Positions 29,306 to 44,066 of a DNA stretch of 64,000 nt are shown in pieces. The notes beneath the pieces were generated by a model, which did no database searches, was not told where the DNA came from, and saw only the letters and a list, made by a program, of their open reading frames with translations. The DNA comes from the human T2T-CHM13v2.0 reference genome, Homo sapiens. The DNA lies in the NCBI RefSeq assembly GCF_009914755.1, contig NC_060947.1; one strand, 5' to 3'. The position numbers and the translations under genes are program-made. Each line of letters starts with the position of its first letter. The first letter of the stretch is position 1.

Positions 29306-29804
29306 TGTTGGGAATAATGCTCAAAATCCTAAGGAGACTGAACACTCAAACAAAGGAGTCTTAGCAAAGCAATTTTACTTCTGTGCAGAGGGGTGCTTCT
29401 CCTTGGCCAGTCGCCATGAGAGCACACCTGAACAAAGGGGCAGGAGAGCCTTTATTCCTGACGCAAGTCCTGCCCCTGTACCCTTTCTCCACTGGCTAGG
29501 GTTGGGTGGTGCAATCTGAACTAATTCCGGTTGGCTAGACATTTGAACTTTTTTTTTAGATAAGGTGGGCATGTAAGGGAGAGGGTAAAAAAAGGGGAAG
29601 GGGTGTCTGCAATGAGCTAGAGAGCTAGTCTCCTTTCCAAATTAGGAAAGGAATGTGAGCTGGTACTGATAAGCCTGGTACTGTGGCGTGTCCGGGTATG
29701 TAACAAAGGCAGAAAAGACAAAAAGGAAAAAGGGGTGGGTACTATGAATTAAAGAATAAAGGATTGATCAGGCTATTTGAAGAGAAACCTCATCATATCC
29801 CACA
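29306..29804 (-). mobile_element. ERV1 solo LTR (LTR10-like)
   Basis: TG...CA termini, 4-bp TSD tcat; minus-strand start tgtgggatatgatgaggtttctcttcaaa. Confidence 0.8.
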
Positions 29805-32800
29805 TCATGGATCAGAATATTTAATATTATTAAGATGGTAATATTCTCCAAAGTGGTCTACAGACTCAGTGTAGTCTCTGTCACAATAATAGTGTGCTTC
29901 TTTGTAGAAATTGGCAAGGTGATCCTAAAATTCCTATGGAAACTCAAGGGACCCATAATAGCCACCATAATTTAGAAAAAGGAGAACAAAGTTGAAGCTG
30001 TCACACATTTTGATTTCAAAAGTTACTACAAAGCAAGAATAACCAGAACAACGTGGCATTGGCATAAGGATAAAATAAAGATAAATGGAATAAAATTGAG
30101 AGTCTAGAAATGAACTCTCACATTTACAATCAACTGATTTTTGACAAAGGTGCCAAAGCGATTCAATAGGAGAAAGAATATCCTTTTCAACAAGTGGTGC
30201 GGGGACAACTGAATAGCCACATACAAAAGAATAAGGTCAGACTCTGCCTCACATTGAGATAGCCAGATGGGAGCGTGTCCCTGGGAAAAACTCCAACTGG
30301 CCTGAGCACTGGAGTAGAGCCTCAGGAATTTCGTGCCTTTTGCAGTTGAGAGGAGCCTGGCCCCTCCTCTTCTTGTGTGGAACCTAGGATTCGAGCTGTG
30401 GGCAGAAAGTGCTCTAGCAGGGACTCTGGCTTTGAAAGAGTCCCTTTTTCCTCCTTTTCTTCCTTTACACCCAATAAAACCTGTCTTACCCTTCAAACTG
30501 TCTGCACGCCTGAATTTTTATGGCTGTGGGACAAAGGACCTCATCTTTAGCTGAACTAAGGAAAAAGTCCTGCAACATTTTTGGCGTGCAACGTAGGGAC
30601 TTGAGAAGCGGTGAGTGAAATGGGGACTCAAAACCTCTTACTGTTGCTCCTAAACCTTTTCATCCTGGGACTTCTGAGCTTATGGGAAACAGTGCCCCCC
30701 ACCGGCCCTCCCAGGAAGGAGGCCTTTTCATGGCCTTTTCCTTCCTTTTTCCAGATGGACTGGTGAGCCACAGCTGCCTGCCGCTCCCCACTCCGTGCTC
30801 GTGCTTGGGCTGGGATGCATGGCCCAAGGGTCCCACACAGCTGGTTCCACTGGACAGTAATTAAGCTTAAGCTTCTCTCCCAGCTGGAGGAACCACTTGC
30901 AGGAGAATAAGAGGTTCTTCCCCAGACATTTTTAAACCTTTTTTCTTTCCCCTTCTCTACCCTATCAACAAGTTAACCTTTAAAGTTTTCTTTTTCTTTT
31001 AGAAGATAGGCCAACCCCAACCCAACTATCACTGTTTGCATTCTCTGCAAAGTTTAGGTTGTGAAACCAAGCCTCCATCTTGTTTTACCGCTTGAGGGCA
31101 TGGCTTCTAACTCTGGGGGCAAGGCTTTGCTTAGCAATCCTGCCTCAGAGGATGAGCCCTCTCTGGTTCCATAGCTGCATGTTTTCCTAGCCCTGTCTCT
31201 TAAAGGGCCCCATCCAGCTACTGGGTTTTTTTCTGCCTGTCTGTGTATGTACTGTGTATGATTTCTGCAAAATGAGCTCTAATTAATTTGGCTTAAAGAA
31301 AGACAAGCGCTTGGATTAAATATTTTTAAAAGGGAAGATAAAAGCTGTGGTACTTTTCAGTTCATGTGACTTTAATCTTTGAGAAATAAAAACAGACTTA
31401 AAGATTATTGGTAGAATGCAGGTGTCATTAAAATGTAAATAGATGAAATAAACTGTGCAGGTCAGATGCAAGGTTTGCCCAATGTGTTAAGGTTACAAAC
31501 TGCTTTTTGGCTTTTGAGAACTATCTGTCTTGCCTGCTTCACAATTGGTAAGGCCTGGGGACATATGGAACCAACCATGCCCTTCATTATGCTGGAGTCA
31601 AACCTTGACTGCACTTAACACACAAAGCAAATTAACAAGTTTTACCTTAAAGTTAAAAATCCGCTAGGAGTTACCATTATAATACGTAATTGAAGCTACT
31701 GAAAGTAAATTTACATGCAAGAAGTGTAAGAACAGTAAAATGTGTTTTTTTGGAAAAGGTTACAAAAAGGCATGGAAATGTAAATTTTTGCCTAGGCTTA
31801 AACGATTGTTTTGAATTAGGAAAAAACTGAGGGTTCAAACAAGTGGTGGAAGAATTGTAGAAATTAATCTCGCAGAAGAGGTTCTCTGTGTGAACATGTT
31901 GACTAAATTCAAAAGGGCTGTAAAAGGTTTTTGCTTCTTTAAAATTTATGAGTCATCATTTTGGAAAAATAAATAACTTATGGTAATCTGGAATTCTATT
32001 TCATAATATCAAGTGCTTTAAACACATTTAACAGTCTTCCCAAAATCAAACTTCAGTTTCAAAGTTGTCTTTCTTGACAACTTTCAGATAGTCCAGAGGG
32101 CCCCTGGAATGTCCAGAAAAGAGAGGTAAACAGGATTATTTGACATGTCTAGGTACATGAGATTGCCAAAGGTGATGTTCAATCTTTTTTAGGTTATATC
32201 TTGGTGAATAATGCTAATATATGTTCCAAAATTGTATGGGATTTCTAAAATTCTAATGTCTAAGTATATGCTATCAATCATAATTAAGGTTGCTATGTTG
32301 TTATTTGTAAACCACGGAGATAACCAAACTTCTTTGTCAATTGTGTTTCTAACTATAACTGCTCTAGACATTTTGCTATTCACAGACAATTGTTGTCTTG
32401 TTTTAATCCTTTCAAAAGATGGTTTATAATAAGCTATAGGACTCTGACAGGTGCTCTCAAATACAATTTCTGATTGTGTTTGAGACAATTGGGTTTCTGA
32501 TAACTTTGGAGATTGTAACATTGGAATAAAGGAAAATGTACAGTATTCACGAAGAGCTGAAATGTTCATGAATATCACGTGAAACAAGAGTTAACTAACT
32601 GGACTGAACTCAGAAATCTGAAGCAACCTTTCTAAGACTTTTGCTTGGAATATTGCTGATCCGTGTTTTGTTTTTCAGAGTCAAGGAAACTTATGTTAAA
32701 CTATTTATAGCCTTTTAATAATTGAGTAAGGTAATACCCACTGTGAACAAAATTTGGAGCACGTTTGTTTCTCTCTGCCTGGTTCCTCTAAATTTGAAAA

Positions 32801-33167
32801 CTATCTGGAGTGTTCTTATGGCAATATAGTTGTTTGCATCAGTGCAATAAGAATCAATTTTTCTTTTGCAGCAGGACACAATTGGAGAATGTGGTAATTT
32901 TACCAAGGCTTTGACTGGAAGGGTATGCTTCCCTTTAAGGAGTCAAGCTTGGCTTGCAGAGCCGATAGAAGCCCAGTGGGGAGACTGGCCTCATACCCTC
33001 ATCTACCCAGTCCCTGTACAGGGTTCCTGACCTGTGGTCAATAAAGAATGTCACTTTCTAACAGGTCCAAGAGCTCCAAGTTTATCTTGGGACCTTAAGA
33101 GGAGAGGATCACCCAACTCACATGTACTTGAGGATAAACCCATGGCTGGGCTTGGCTTTAAAAGGTC

Positions 33168-33475
<308 letters not shown>

Positions 33476-34959
33476 TAAAAGGTCTTATATGAGATCCCTT
33501 GGGGAACAGAGTTCCAGCACAGACAATCTAAAAGGCCTTTGTAGAAATAATTTTTCTTGCTTCACTTTATGCAAATAATAAGGCCAAGTATAAGACTAAA
33601 GTTTATTTTGCAAACCACTCAGTCCTAGGATGATTTGGTTTTTTAACAAAAATGAGGACTGGAGAGAGAGAAAAATTATGTTTCAACACTTATCATACAT
33701 TTGTCACTAAATTCTAAACTCACTAGTTGTTTTTAAGTTTTTGCCTACATGTTAGACTAACCCTGATTGTTCCGTGAACCAACCAGCAATCTCCAACTTC
33801 AGCTCAGAGAGAAAAAAAGGGATGGGCAATGTAGAAATCCAGATCAATATTCTAGTTCTGAGAAATTATCCTACAAATCCTGCCAGGCGATTGGAATAAA
33901 TAGGGTGCCCATCACTCAGGGGTTTCCTTTTGGGAAAGTAAGACCAAGGGAGCTAACCAAAGCCAAGCACCATGCACCCAAATCCTAGCAAGCATGACTA
34001 TAGCCACCAGTTATCTGGGCATGTCACAAGACATCCTTTTCTCTCCTTTGTTGGAGGAAGACTCAATCCCACAGCTTTACCCTAGCATTCAGCTTATAAT
34101 AAGGAGTCCATGCAACCCCCCACCCTGAGACACATTTTTGTCCCAAACTCAATTCCAAGCTTTGGGTCAAAGTCCTAGGAAAGAAAACTGGATCTGAAGG
34201 ATCCAGAGGTGGATGATAATGGGAAGTTAAAAGGCACAGGGCAGGTGAGCATGGCTGATTCCTGCCGATCAAGCCAAGCCCAAGCTTCTTGTTTCATGGA
34301 TAAAGGCCACGTTAGTATCCATGGCAAAAATGAGGTCTAGGGAATCCACGGCTACTGAAAAGCAGGGGAGATGGGGCATATGTGGGTAAGAGTGGGTGAT
34401 TCCCACCCCGTACCCACCCTTCCCCCGCTTCATTGGTGCAAGCCGCTGTGACATTCATGGCGGGACGTGCCATGGTCGCCAGGACTCAGGGATGCAAGGA
34501 TGGAAGAGGGAAAGACGATGCTCTTCCCTCTTTCCCTCACGTACCCCGGGTATCTGTTAGGAAGAGAAGGGAACCAGGGATACCTGCTCCACTCTTTCTA
34601 GAAGGGTAGCCATTCATCTTCAGTCTGTACCCTTTCTGAGTGCATCCTGAACCCCTGGGACTCCTTTAAAAGGCACCTTCTTTTTTCCTTTCTCCTCTTC
34701 TGTCTTCTTCACAGATAGGTAATTGTGTCTCTGTACTATGGGATGCTCCCCTCAGATGCATCCTCCAAACTGGTAAGAGTTAATTTCCCAAACCTTAAAC
34801 TGGTTGGCTTAGGATTGGGCTCAGGGGAAGGGGAACCAGAAGGGTAAAGTGTTTTTTTACCGGTCAGGCTTTTGGCCCTCCTTTCCATGTGCAAACTGGT
34901 AAAAGGCCTCAGGATTTCTGAGCTGTCCTTACCCCTCCCCTTGTTTCGACTTGATACAT

Positions 34960-35160
34960 GTTTTCTAATAAACTGGTTTGTCTCTTCTTGCCTTCAGGTC
35001 ATCAAACTCCAAGTGGCCATGCAACCAGAGCCTCTGATGATGGCCCCTTCTGCTGGGAACCTTACACAGGCCTCTGAGGGAGCTTTAACTGCCGTTTCCC
35101 CAAAACAGCACCCCTGTCAGCAGGAAGCAGTTAAGATCGGTCTTCATACTTATCCTTATT
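34960..35160 (+). pseudogene. ERV env C-terminal (cytoplasmic tail) remnant
   Basis: FVSSCLQVIKLQVAMQPEP...PCQQEAVK resembles HERV-W/ERV9-class env tails and lies just before the polypurine tract. Confidence 0.75.
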
Positions 35161-38100
35161 CTAAGGGCAGTTGGATGTGCTTCTTTAGAGGGGCGAATGA
35201 GGCAGCCAAGTGGGAGGGGGTCCCTGGAAAAACTCCAACCAGCCTGCACACTGGGGTGGAGCCTTGGGAAGTTCATGCCATTTGCAACAGGGAGGTGCCT
35301 GACTCCTTCTCTCTGTGTGGAACCTGGGATTCAAGTTGCGAGCGGGAAGCGCTCTAGCAGGGACTCTGGCCTTGTGAGAGTCCCTGTTTCCCCCCTTTCT
35401 TTCTTTACATCCAATAAAACCCTGTCTTACCATTCAAATCTGAATTTTTGTGGCCGTGGACAGAGGACCCCATCTTTAGCTGAAATAAGGAAAAGTCCTG
35501 CAACAACATCAAATACAATAATTAAGGCAAAGTGGATCAAAGGCTTCGTGTAATAGCTAAAACCATAAAACTGTTAGACGGAAACAGGGGTAAATCCCCG
35601 TGGCCTTAGATTTGGCAATAGTTTCTTACAAGTGATACCAAAAGCACAAGCAACAAAAGAAAAACAGATAAATTGAACTTTATCAAAATTGTGAGTTTTT
35701 GTTCTTTAAAGGACACTATCAAGAAAGTGAAAATACAACCCACACAATGGAAGAAGAGGTTTATAAAGTATACACTGGGTAATGGCCTAGCACCCAGAAT
35801 CTATAAAGTACCCACAACTCAATAACAAAAGGACAAAAATCGGAAAAGGGTCAAAGTCAACATTTCTCAAAAGAAGATGCACAAATGGCCAACAGGCACA
35901 AGAAAAGATTCTCAATGTTTTAGTCATTAGGAAATACAAATCAAAACCACAATGAGATACAACTTTACGTATACTACAATGCCTATAATCAAAAAGATCA
36001 TAAGAAGCACTGGCGAGCCCGTAGAGACATTTGAACCCTAAAACACTGCTGGCAGGAATATAAAATGGTGCAGTCACTTTGGAAAACAGTCCAGCAGTTT
36101 CTCAAAGAGTTAAATCTAGAATTATCATATGGCTTAGCAATTCCTAGGTATATACCTAAGAAAAATGAAAGCATATGTCTTCACAAAAACTTGTACTCAA
36201 ATGTTTATAGCAGTATTACTCATAGTATCTAAAAGTAGAAACAACCCAAATGTTCAACGTAATGAATGGATAAATAAAATATGGTATAACCATACAATCA
36301 AATATCATTTGGCTGTAAAAAGGAATGAAGTACTGAGGCATAGTACAAGATGGATGAACCTTAAAATTACTATGTTTCACGAAAGAAGCCAGTCACAGAA
36401 AATCACATATATGGTGCCTTTCATGTGAAGTGTCAAGAATAAGCCAATCTACAGTCAGAAAATAGATTAGTAGTCACTGCTAGTGGCTGGAGGGCAGGGG
36501 GAATGGAGAGTGACTGCTAATGGGTATGAGCTTTCTTTATGGGGCGATGAAAATGTTACAAAATTGGTGGTGCTGATGATTGTAAAACTCTGTAAATATA
36601 CTAAAAAACATAGAATCATAGACTATAAATGAATAAATTGTTTGGTATGTGAATCATATATCAAAGCACATGTTCTGATCAAAGTGGAAAACAATGAAAT
36701 AAAAAGTTCCCTGGAGCAGAGTTCTGGAGCGGTGGGAGTTAAACAGGTAAATGTAATTCATATAAGTCTAAATTCCGGAAACCAGGACTGTGTCTTTTAC
36801 ATTGCTGCAGTGCACATGTTTAACAAAGTTCTGTATGTAGCCAATGTTAAAGACAATCACAGTAAAAAATGAAGAAAAGCTCTTGGAACCAAACCGTCCA
36901 TCAATTTGCAACTATGTAGAAGAGAAGATGTTATGAAATCATGGAAGTCTCCAAGAGCCTTGACCTGTAAGAAGCTTGTAAAATTGAATTGTGCAGGTGC
37001 CTTGAGACTTGGTCAGAAACTTGCTCATTCCAGAGATTCCCTGGGGTTCAGATAGCTGACAACTACGCCTGGAGAAGTTAGACCTGTTCTAAATACCCTA
37101 GAGATTCTAGCACTCTTAAAACCATCTCCAGGCTCAGAATCTAACTAGAGAATTGCTGAACTAACTTGCTTTCCTTGAGGAGCTTCGGACTACTTAGAAG
37201 GGAATCAGGCTTGGGGTCAGTTTTTGAGACTAAAAGTCCTGAAATCTGTCTCTCCTGGAAACGCTAAGGGACATTTTTTAGTAATTTTTCTTCCAGTAAA
37301 ATCCCAAAGTCTAATTTGAGTCCAAATCTTTGGGGTTCATCCAGAAGCAAATGGCTGCTAGGAACATAGACTGTTTGACTCCAGAGTGAGTAAATGTTAG
37401 ATAGATTAAATCTTTACTTTATCTGGCTTTAGATTTGGTCTTGTATGAAACTGACAATAAAATAAGAAACATGGTTTAAACCATACAAATATCTGTCAAG
37501 AAGCTAGTGTGTCTCAAATCACTTTCACAAGGGTTAAAGATAAACCTGTAGCCATCTGATTTCTTTGCCAGTAGGAATGGGGTACTTGGTCATAGAATGA
37601 ATATTATTTATATTTGCTTTCAAAACCCTTGATGGTTTAAAACATATACACTTTGTTTTGTAGGATAGATTACTTCCCACAAATGCTCATATGGAAGACT
37701 CTAAAACTAAATAGCATTTAAAGTGAATTCCATGAACCCTATTGATTTCCATTATGAAATCATAGATGGATTTCCATGGGAAGAATTCTCCTAAGTGACT
37801 GTTGAAAACTTTTGCAAAGGAAGATGCTATCATGGTGGTCATCTCTATGACCTACTGACCAGTGTAAAGAACACTGCTGGAACTTTGGTGCTACCAACTG
37901 TCAGCTATTAGTTATCTGCCCTTACTTAGAATTCAGTTAGGACCAAGCCAATCCAATTCATGTCTCCTCAAGGATTCTTACACATGCAGATAGTAAAATA
38001 ATTTACTGTTTAATTAGGAAGGCCCTAGTTAGTATTCCTGGGGTTAAGCATTAACACAAAGGCTGCAAGATAATTTTTATTAAAAGGATACTATATTAGG

Positions 38101-38314
38101 CTACTGAAATGGCAAAGCAATGATTCTCAACTTTCAGAGGGCAAATTGAAAATACAGATTCTTGGGCCACACACTCAGAGCCACAGAGACAGTCAGATAA
38201 TCCTAAAGCAAAGGACATCCAAGATTCTGCAGGCTCCTTGGATACATAATCCAGTACCTATATTCTCTTTGGAATGTGATAATATGGGATTCTATATATA
38301 ACTAACAGCCTATA

Positions 38315-38490
38315 AATACTATACGCTGGGTACTGTCTACACACATTACATATATTAACTTAATCCTCACAGCAAAACTTTCAAGGAGATACTATTATTT
38401 TCATCCCCATTTTATAGATGAGAAAACTAAGGCAGAGGTTAAGTAACTTTCCCAGGGTCACTCTGCTGATAAAGTAGCAGTACTTAGATT
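38315..38490 (-). mobile_element. MIR
   Basis: ttaatcctcacagcaa...ccccattttatagatgagaaaactaaggc. Confidence 0.85.
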
Positions 38491-39169
38491 TTAACAAATC
38501 ATCATTTATTGCAGAAACTATGCTTAATCTGCTATGGGCTATAACACTTTGCTTTTCCTACACCATTCTTTTTTCTAGCTGTATCAGATTTTTTTAAATT
38601 GGCAGTTTTAAGAGTGTGCTAACAAGGTCAATCTCTGTGAAAGTCAGAGGAATGCTCTCTGCACTAATTAAGAGATAATCACAACTAATTTCTCCTGGCC
38701 TCAATAATACAGACATGGTCTGTCTGAATATTTGCATTCTTCCAGCCAATGTCCATGAATATAGTTTGGGCATCTATTCTCAGTTTGACAGTCTTGTGAA
38801 GGCAATATAGTCTATGCACCCAAAGACTGGCACAGAGTGGGTCATGGTTCTCTGGGGCTTCCTTTCATTTTCTGTGGAGATAGAGAGGAATGTATCCTCT
38901 GAAGACAGCTATGGGATTTCAACAAGAAAACATCTGACCAGAGACATTGAGAAGTATAACCTAGATTCATATTTATTTAATACCTCTTGAGTGCCTGCTG
39001 TATGGAGGTGCTAGGGTTATGGTAGGGAAGAAAACAGGCAACCCCCTGCCCTTGGGGATATCCTTATTTAATATTCAACATGTCTTTAAGTATTATTCTT
39101 ATTAGAATTATAATCTTCCTTGAAATATGACCCTCCAAATTGCCTCAGTTTCCCCACAAGTAAAACAAA

Positions 39170-39580
39170 GGTGGGATTAAACTCCCTAGGTAAGCGGCCT
39201 CTGAGCCAGAGCTTAGTGTGTAGGAAGTTTATTGGGAGTGCTATCAGAACTGACACCTGTTGAGGAAGTAAAGAAGCAAGACTGGCTGGAGGGAGAGGCT
39301 GAACTGTGATACAGCCTCAACAAAGGCTGCAGATCACCTCATAGGGCCCTCTGGAATTGAGATGGTCATGCTAAATTGGAGTCAGGGGATCAGGGATAAG
39401 GTTTTTACACCATCCCCCCATAAGGCAGGTCATTGGTTAGTGCTGTCCTGTGCAAGACAGCTGTCTTCAAAGAATGGAAATTCCCAAAGAGCTATTTTCA
39501 GGCAGCACTTCCAGCAGCTAGGGGAAGAAGTTATTTAGTCCTCAAGGGGGATTTGGACGATACATCACAGCATCCATTAC
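39170..39580 (-). mobile_element. Old ERVL LTR (LTR33/LTR41-like)
   Basis: ggaagtttattgggagtgct...gagggagaggctgaactgtgatacag. Confidence 0.6.
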
Positions 39581-40066
39581 GGAAAGACTGGACTCTTATC
39601 TATGACACCCTGTCCAGATATCACATCCTACAATCTTATGACTGTAGGGGACTGGTAATGTCACTGCTGTCCACTCCGTCAAGTAGATATCCTAAGTGTA
39701 GTGAGTGCCCCTGTGGCAGTGTTGCCCTGGGATGCTGTTTCTTACATGGCTACCTGCTGCTCTGAATACCCAATAGACCTTGATTGGCAGGCCCAATCTC
39801 TCATCCTGCTTGAAGCTTACACTTGCACCTCATGAGCTCTGTGGGATCTTCAGAGTAGATGTCAGCGCTTTGAGTTCCATCACAGGCCTCTACAGACATA
39901 ATCTGGGTGCAGCGACACCCTGCATAATCTTGTAAAGCAGGATTTTGCTAATTTTCTAGAGAGCTGAACCTGGCTTCTGTATTATGTTAATTAAAAGCAT
40001 CCTGATTTATGAGAGTTGTAGGCAAAGGCATGCAATGGCTCAGGGATACACAATTTCTAACTTTGT

Positions 40067-40084
40067 GCTGCCACCTAATGGCCA
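40067..40084 (-). promoter_or_regulatory. Candidate CTCF site
   Basis: TGGCCATTAGGTGGCAGC on the minus strand, one mismatch from the CCACTAGGTGGCAG core. Confidence 0.4.
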
Positions 40085-42204
40085 TCCAGCTGATGAGCAA
40101 AACAGAAGGCTGGGATATAATTAATTGAATACCCAAGAAAAGGAATCTTTAATGTGGGCTTCCCCTTCATCCCCCACTTGGAGATGAAGAAACATTCAAA
40201 GTTTCAGCTTAGGTTGTCTTAAAACCTGTCTCCATGAATCATTCCTTCCCTGGAAAGCCTTCTACCAATCTTTCAAGCCCTAACTCAGATGTCCTCTCTT
40301 TAAGAAGCCTTCCCAACCAACCCAGCAGTCAGCCTTTCCTCCTCTGGGCTGCCCTGGAATGGGGTATGTCCCTTTAGCATAGCCTGAATTGCACTTAGGT
40401 GAATTGCTTTGTGGTATATCTGACCAGGCTGAGCTCCAGTGAGGCAAGTTGTTGTGTTTTTGTTTTGTTTTTCTTGCTTCGTACATAGTATTTTCCCAAA
40501 GAGTGTTGTAGGTCTACACTAACCATTCATTTCACTCTACTTCTTGCTCTTTAAACTGTTTCTGGGTTTGTCATACAAATGCATGCTGGAAGTGATGAAA
40601 AAGTTGTCAAAGTAGTTTGCACTTTGTGACATTCTGTCCCTATTTCTCTTTCTCACTTCTGTCTCACATTAAGTTTTTAGAGAACTGCCTCACAGAGGCA
40701 GGCTTTCACTGTCCATGGGAACTTTTGTTTCATGACCCAATTGGGACACCCCTCTTTTACTTCATTGTGACTGCTGCCATTTGAAGAACAGACTGGAGTT
40801 CCCTCCACACTCCTTGCTTCTTAATATATATGCAATCATCTTTAGGAATATCAAGACCCTATTTTATAAAAACCCACCAAAACCCTATTTTGTAAAGCAC
40901 TCTCACCATTCTGGTACCCAGCAGCCCACTGCCTGGGAACATCCAAATCTCTGGAATGCATTGAGTAACATGTTCAGTGTAGCCAGTGCTTCTGGTCCAC
41001 CTAGCCTGACCCGTGGAATTCACTTACTAACTCACAGACATGCTCTACTCAGAACTCCCTATTTTCCTTCAATTAAGGCTACTGAGCCTACAACTTCCCC
41101 TCCTACCCAGCAGCGATGCCACTCCAGCTGTTAATCAGTGTTTGAAGAAACCATGGGCCAACCAAGAGGCCCTTCAGCACATCTTGAAGTCCGAGGGAGA
41201 GCATTCAAATGGAATCTGTTAACTGGCTCTTTCCTCCAATGCACAAATACCTTCCACTGTCTTTTTCACTTATGGATTCTGACCATTTAACAGGCACTTA
41301 TCAGGTGCTCAATAAATGTTTGCTGAATAAGTGAATGAATCCATTTAGGCAGAAGATTTGAGGGTAATACCTGGAATGTTCATCAGAGAGCACCGTGGTC
41401 TTCGGGCTTTACCTGTTCAGCTGCATACATGTTAACCCCATGTACCTGAGGTAATGGAGATACAAAGCACCCAGACTGGCTTGAGAGAGTAAAGGAAATC
41501 TTCCAGAGCAGGTGATGGTAGAGCCCACCTTGGCAGCAAAGTGAGAGTTTTGCCAGGTAGACAAGGAGGGGAAGGAAGGAATGACAGGAACAGGGAAGCG
41601 GATGGGCAGGTAAGTGTAAGGAACCATGATGGGCTTCTTCCACCTGGTACATTCAGGAGACTATGAGTAGTCCAGGTTTTCTGGAGTGAGGTATAAAGTG
41701 ACAGGGCAGGGGGAATGCTGAGAGATTTGACCAAATAGAATCATGGTATTTTAAAAGCAAAAAGCCAAAAACATCACCGCCTGCTGAAAAATACACAAAT
41801 GTTTTCCTCCAAACTTAGGGAAGAAAATCCAAATCCAGCCCCTGCCTCCCTCTCTGCCCTCAGCTGCCTCTTCCTGCTTCCTCTCTCATTCTGCTCCAGT
41901 CACAAAGGCTTCCCTGCTTGCCAGCTGGATTTCTAAAACCAAGAGAACCTCCTCTGGTCTCTAGCAGGCTCCACCATGGACTCAGACTAGATCTTTCTAT
42001 GACCTTCAGAGTCTTCTTCCCCAATACCCGCTATCCTTTCTTGAAGCTCTCCTATACCATGTTTGTCTCAGGCCATATGAGCTACTACTCTTTTTACTAT
42101 TTTTCCAGATAAACCCAGATGACTGGCAGCACACTAGTAATTTCACCCTCATTGTAGGTGAAATTCACCAAGGACCTTTTTAAAGGAGGAGAATGATCCT
42201 AGAA

Positions 42205-42350
42205 CAAAATGTTTTGTGAGGTAGTGAGCTTCCCATCACCAGCGATGTTCCAGCAGAAGTTAAATGCCCGTTCCCAGGGAAGTTGTAGGAAGGAATCACT
42301 CACTGGGTGGGATCACATAGAGGACCTCTTAAGATTTTATTCTAACTGTA
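42205..42350 (+). mobile_element. L3/CR1-like 3' fragment
   Basis: gtgaggtagtgagcttcccatcacc...gacctcttaagattttattctaact. Confidence 0.55.
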
Positions 42351-43772
42351 CACAAACACCTAGACAGACATTATAATTTTATTAAAAGAAGGTGATATAG
42401 GTATCCCGTAATTAAGCAAAATATATAAAATGTAAATTTTTCAAATAAACAAATTTGAAGGACTGTATTTCATAAAAGGGATCCATTTGGGTGACTTTAA
42501 CTAGAATCCTAAAATATTACAGGTAAAAGGGACTTTATTCACTTTGTTTTCTAAAACAAGAATTCTTTCTAATAGAACATTTTAGCACAATTACATTTGT
42601 TTAGAATTTGACCTGGTACATAGTAGGAGATAAATACATATTTGTTTAATGAATGCATAACCAAAGAAAAAATGTGATGTATATAACTTTTCAAAAATAC
42701 AGCTATCGTTCCAAGTAAGATTCAAGTGTACAGTTTTGGCTGAGAGGACCTAGTTTGAGAAGTTGCTGTTGAGTGCAATAACAATAGTGAAAGGTGCTTG
42801 TTTTGTTTAATTTTGGTCTTGTTGTTTGGTCATTGTTGGAGAACAAAAGGTCAACAGTATTTTCTGGTGACAATTATATTCCTTTTAAAAATGTGGATCA
42901 CCAGTAAAACTTCCAAAAGAAAACATCTTCACGTGTCCTTAGGTTATGTAAATGTCTATTGAGGTGCTCGAGAGGAGGCATGTTGTCTCACAGTTCCCTT
43001 ATTCAGAATGTACCTGCCCCCACCCCTTATACATATGACCCACCCCAAGCCTCAGCTGCACTTCACCACCTGGTGAGTGGAGAGGGTGCCAGGCATGGTA
43101 AGCACAATCCCCACATGGCAAGCCCAGACAGTAAAGGTCAGATCTGTTGGGAGTGGCTGGGGGTTGAGATTATGAGGCTCATACCTATTTCTCTAAACTC
43201 AACACCCCAGTGGCCAATCTTTTCAAGAAATAGGAGGGAGAGCTTTGAATGGACTCTGGATTCATGAGGCAACTTTTAGGGTCCCTTAGAGACCCTTCCC
43301 TGTGGCCTCATCTTTTGCTCCCCCTATCCCTTTATCACAGGAATTGCTGCCTCTAATACTGGGATGGGATCTACATTTTCAAGGGACGGTTCCTGTTGCA
43401 CCTGCTTTTTAAATGAAGCTGACTCTAGCATAATATCAGCTGCTTGGAAAAGAACACCAGTCTTCCATCAAATAAGCTGTCTTCGTTGCCTGGCACATTG
43501 ACTTGTCAAGTTCCAAATGTCATGACCTGTGAAAACTTGAGACAACTACAAAGCAAATTAATGCCGGAGAAGTGGGCCCTAGGACTTCAGCAATTTGAGA
43601 TTCTGATTACAAAAGACTGGAAAAGGAAAGACCCTTGGTAGTGCTCAACATGAACCAAAACACAAATAGACTCAGCATTTTTAATGTTTTAATGACTAGA
43701 AATGGAATCTTCACATATTGTAAAAAGTGAACAGAAAAGAAACATTAAATAAGAATAATGCATAATCTGCGA

Positions 43773-44066
43773 TTTTTTTTTTTGAGACAGAGTTTTGCTC
43801 TTGTTGCCCAGGCTGGAATGCAATGGCGCGATCTTGGCTCACCACAACCTCCACCTCCCAGGTTCAAGCAATTCTCCTGCCTCAGCCTTCCCAAGCAGCT
43901 GGAATTATAGGCATGCGCCACCAAGCCCGGCTAATTTTGTATTTTTAGTAGAGATGGGTTTTCTCCATGTGGGTCAGGCTGGTCTCAAACTCCCGACCTC
44001 AGGTGATCCACCCACCTCGGCCTCCCAAAGTGCTGGGATTACAGGCGTGAGCCACCGCACCTGGCC
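43773..44066 (-). mobile_element. AluSp/Sq
   Basis: Antisense dimer flanked by taatctg. Confidence 0.96.

Noticed and set aside
30582-30600. tRNA gene fragment
   Set aside because: It is the ERV primer-binding site, not a tRNA gene
34872-35357. 161-aa ORF as a domesticated env
   Set aside because: Only the env tail is present, the start is non-ATG and the frame runs into the LTR
36700-37000. Possible minus-strand exon after cttacag near 36963
   Set aside because: The polypyrimidine tract is weak, the frame I read stops early and there is no recognisable protein; a lncRNA exon cannot be judged from sequence alone
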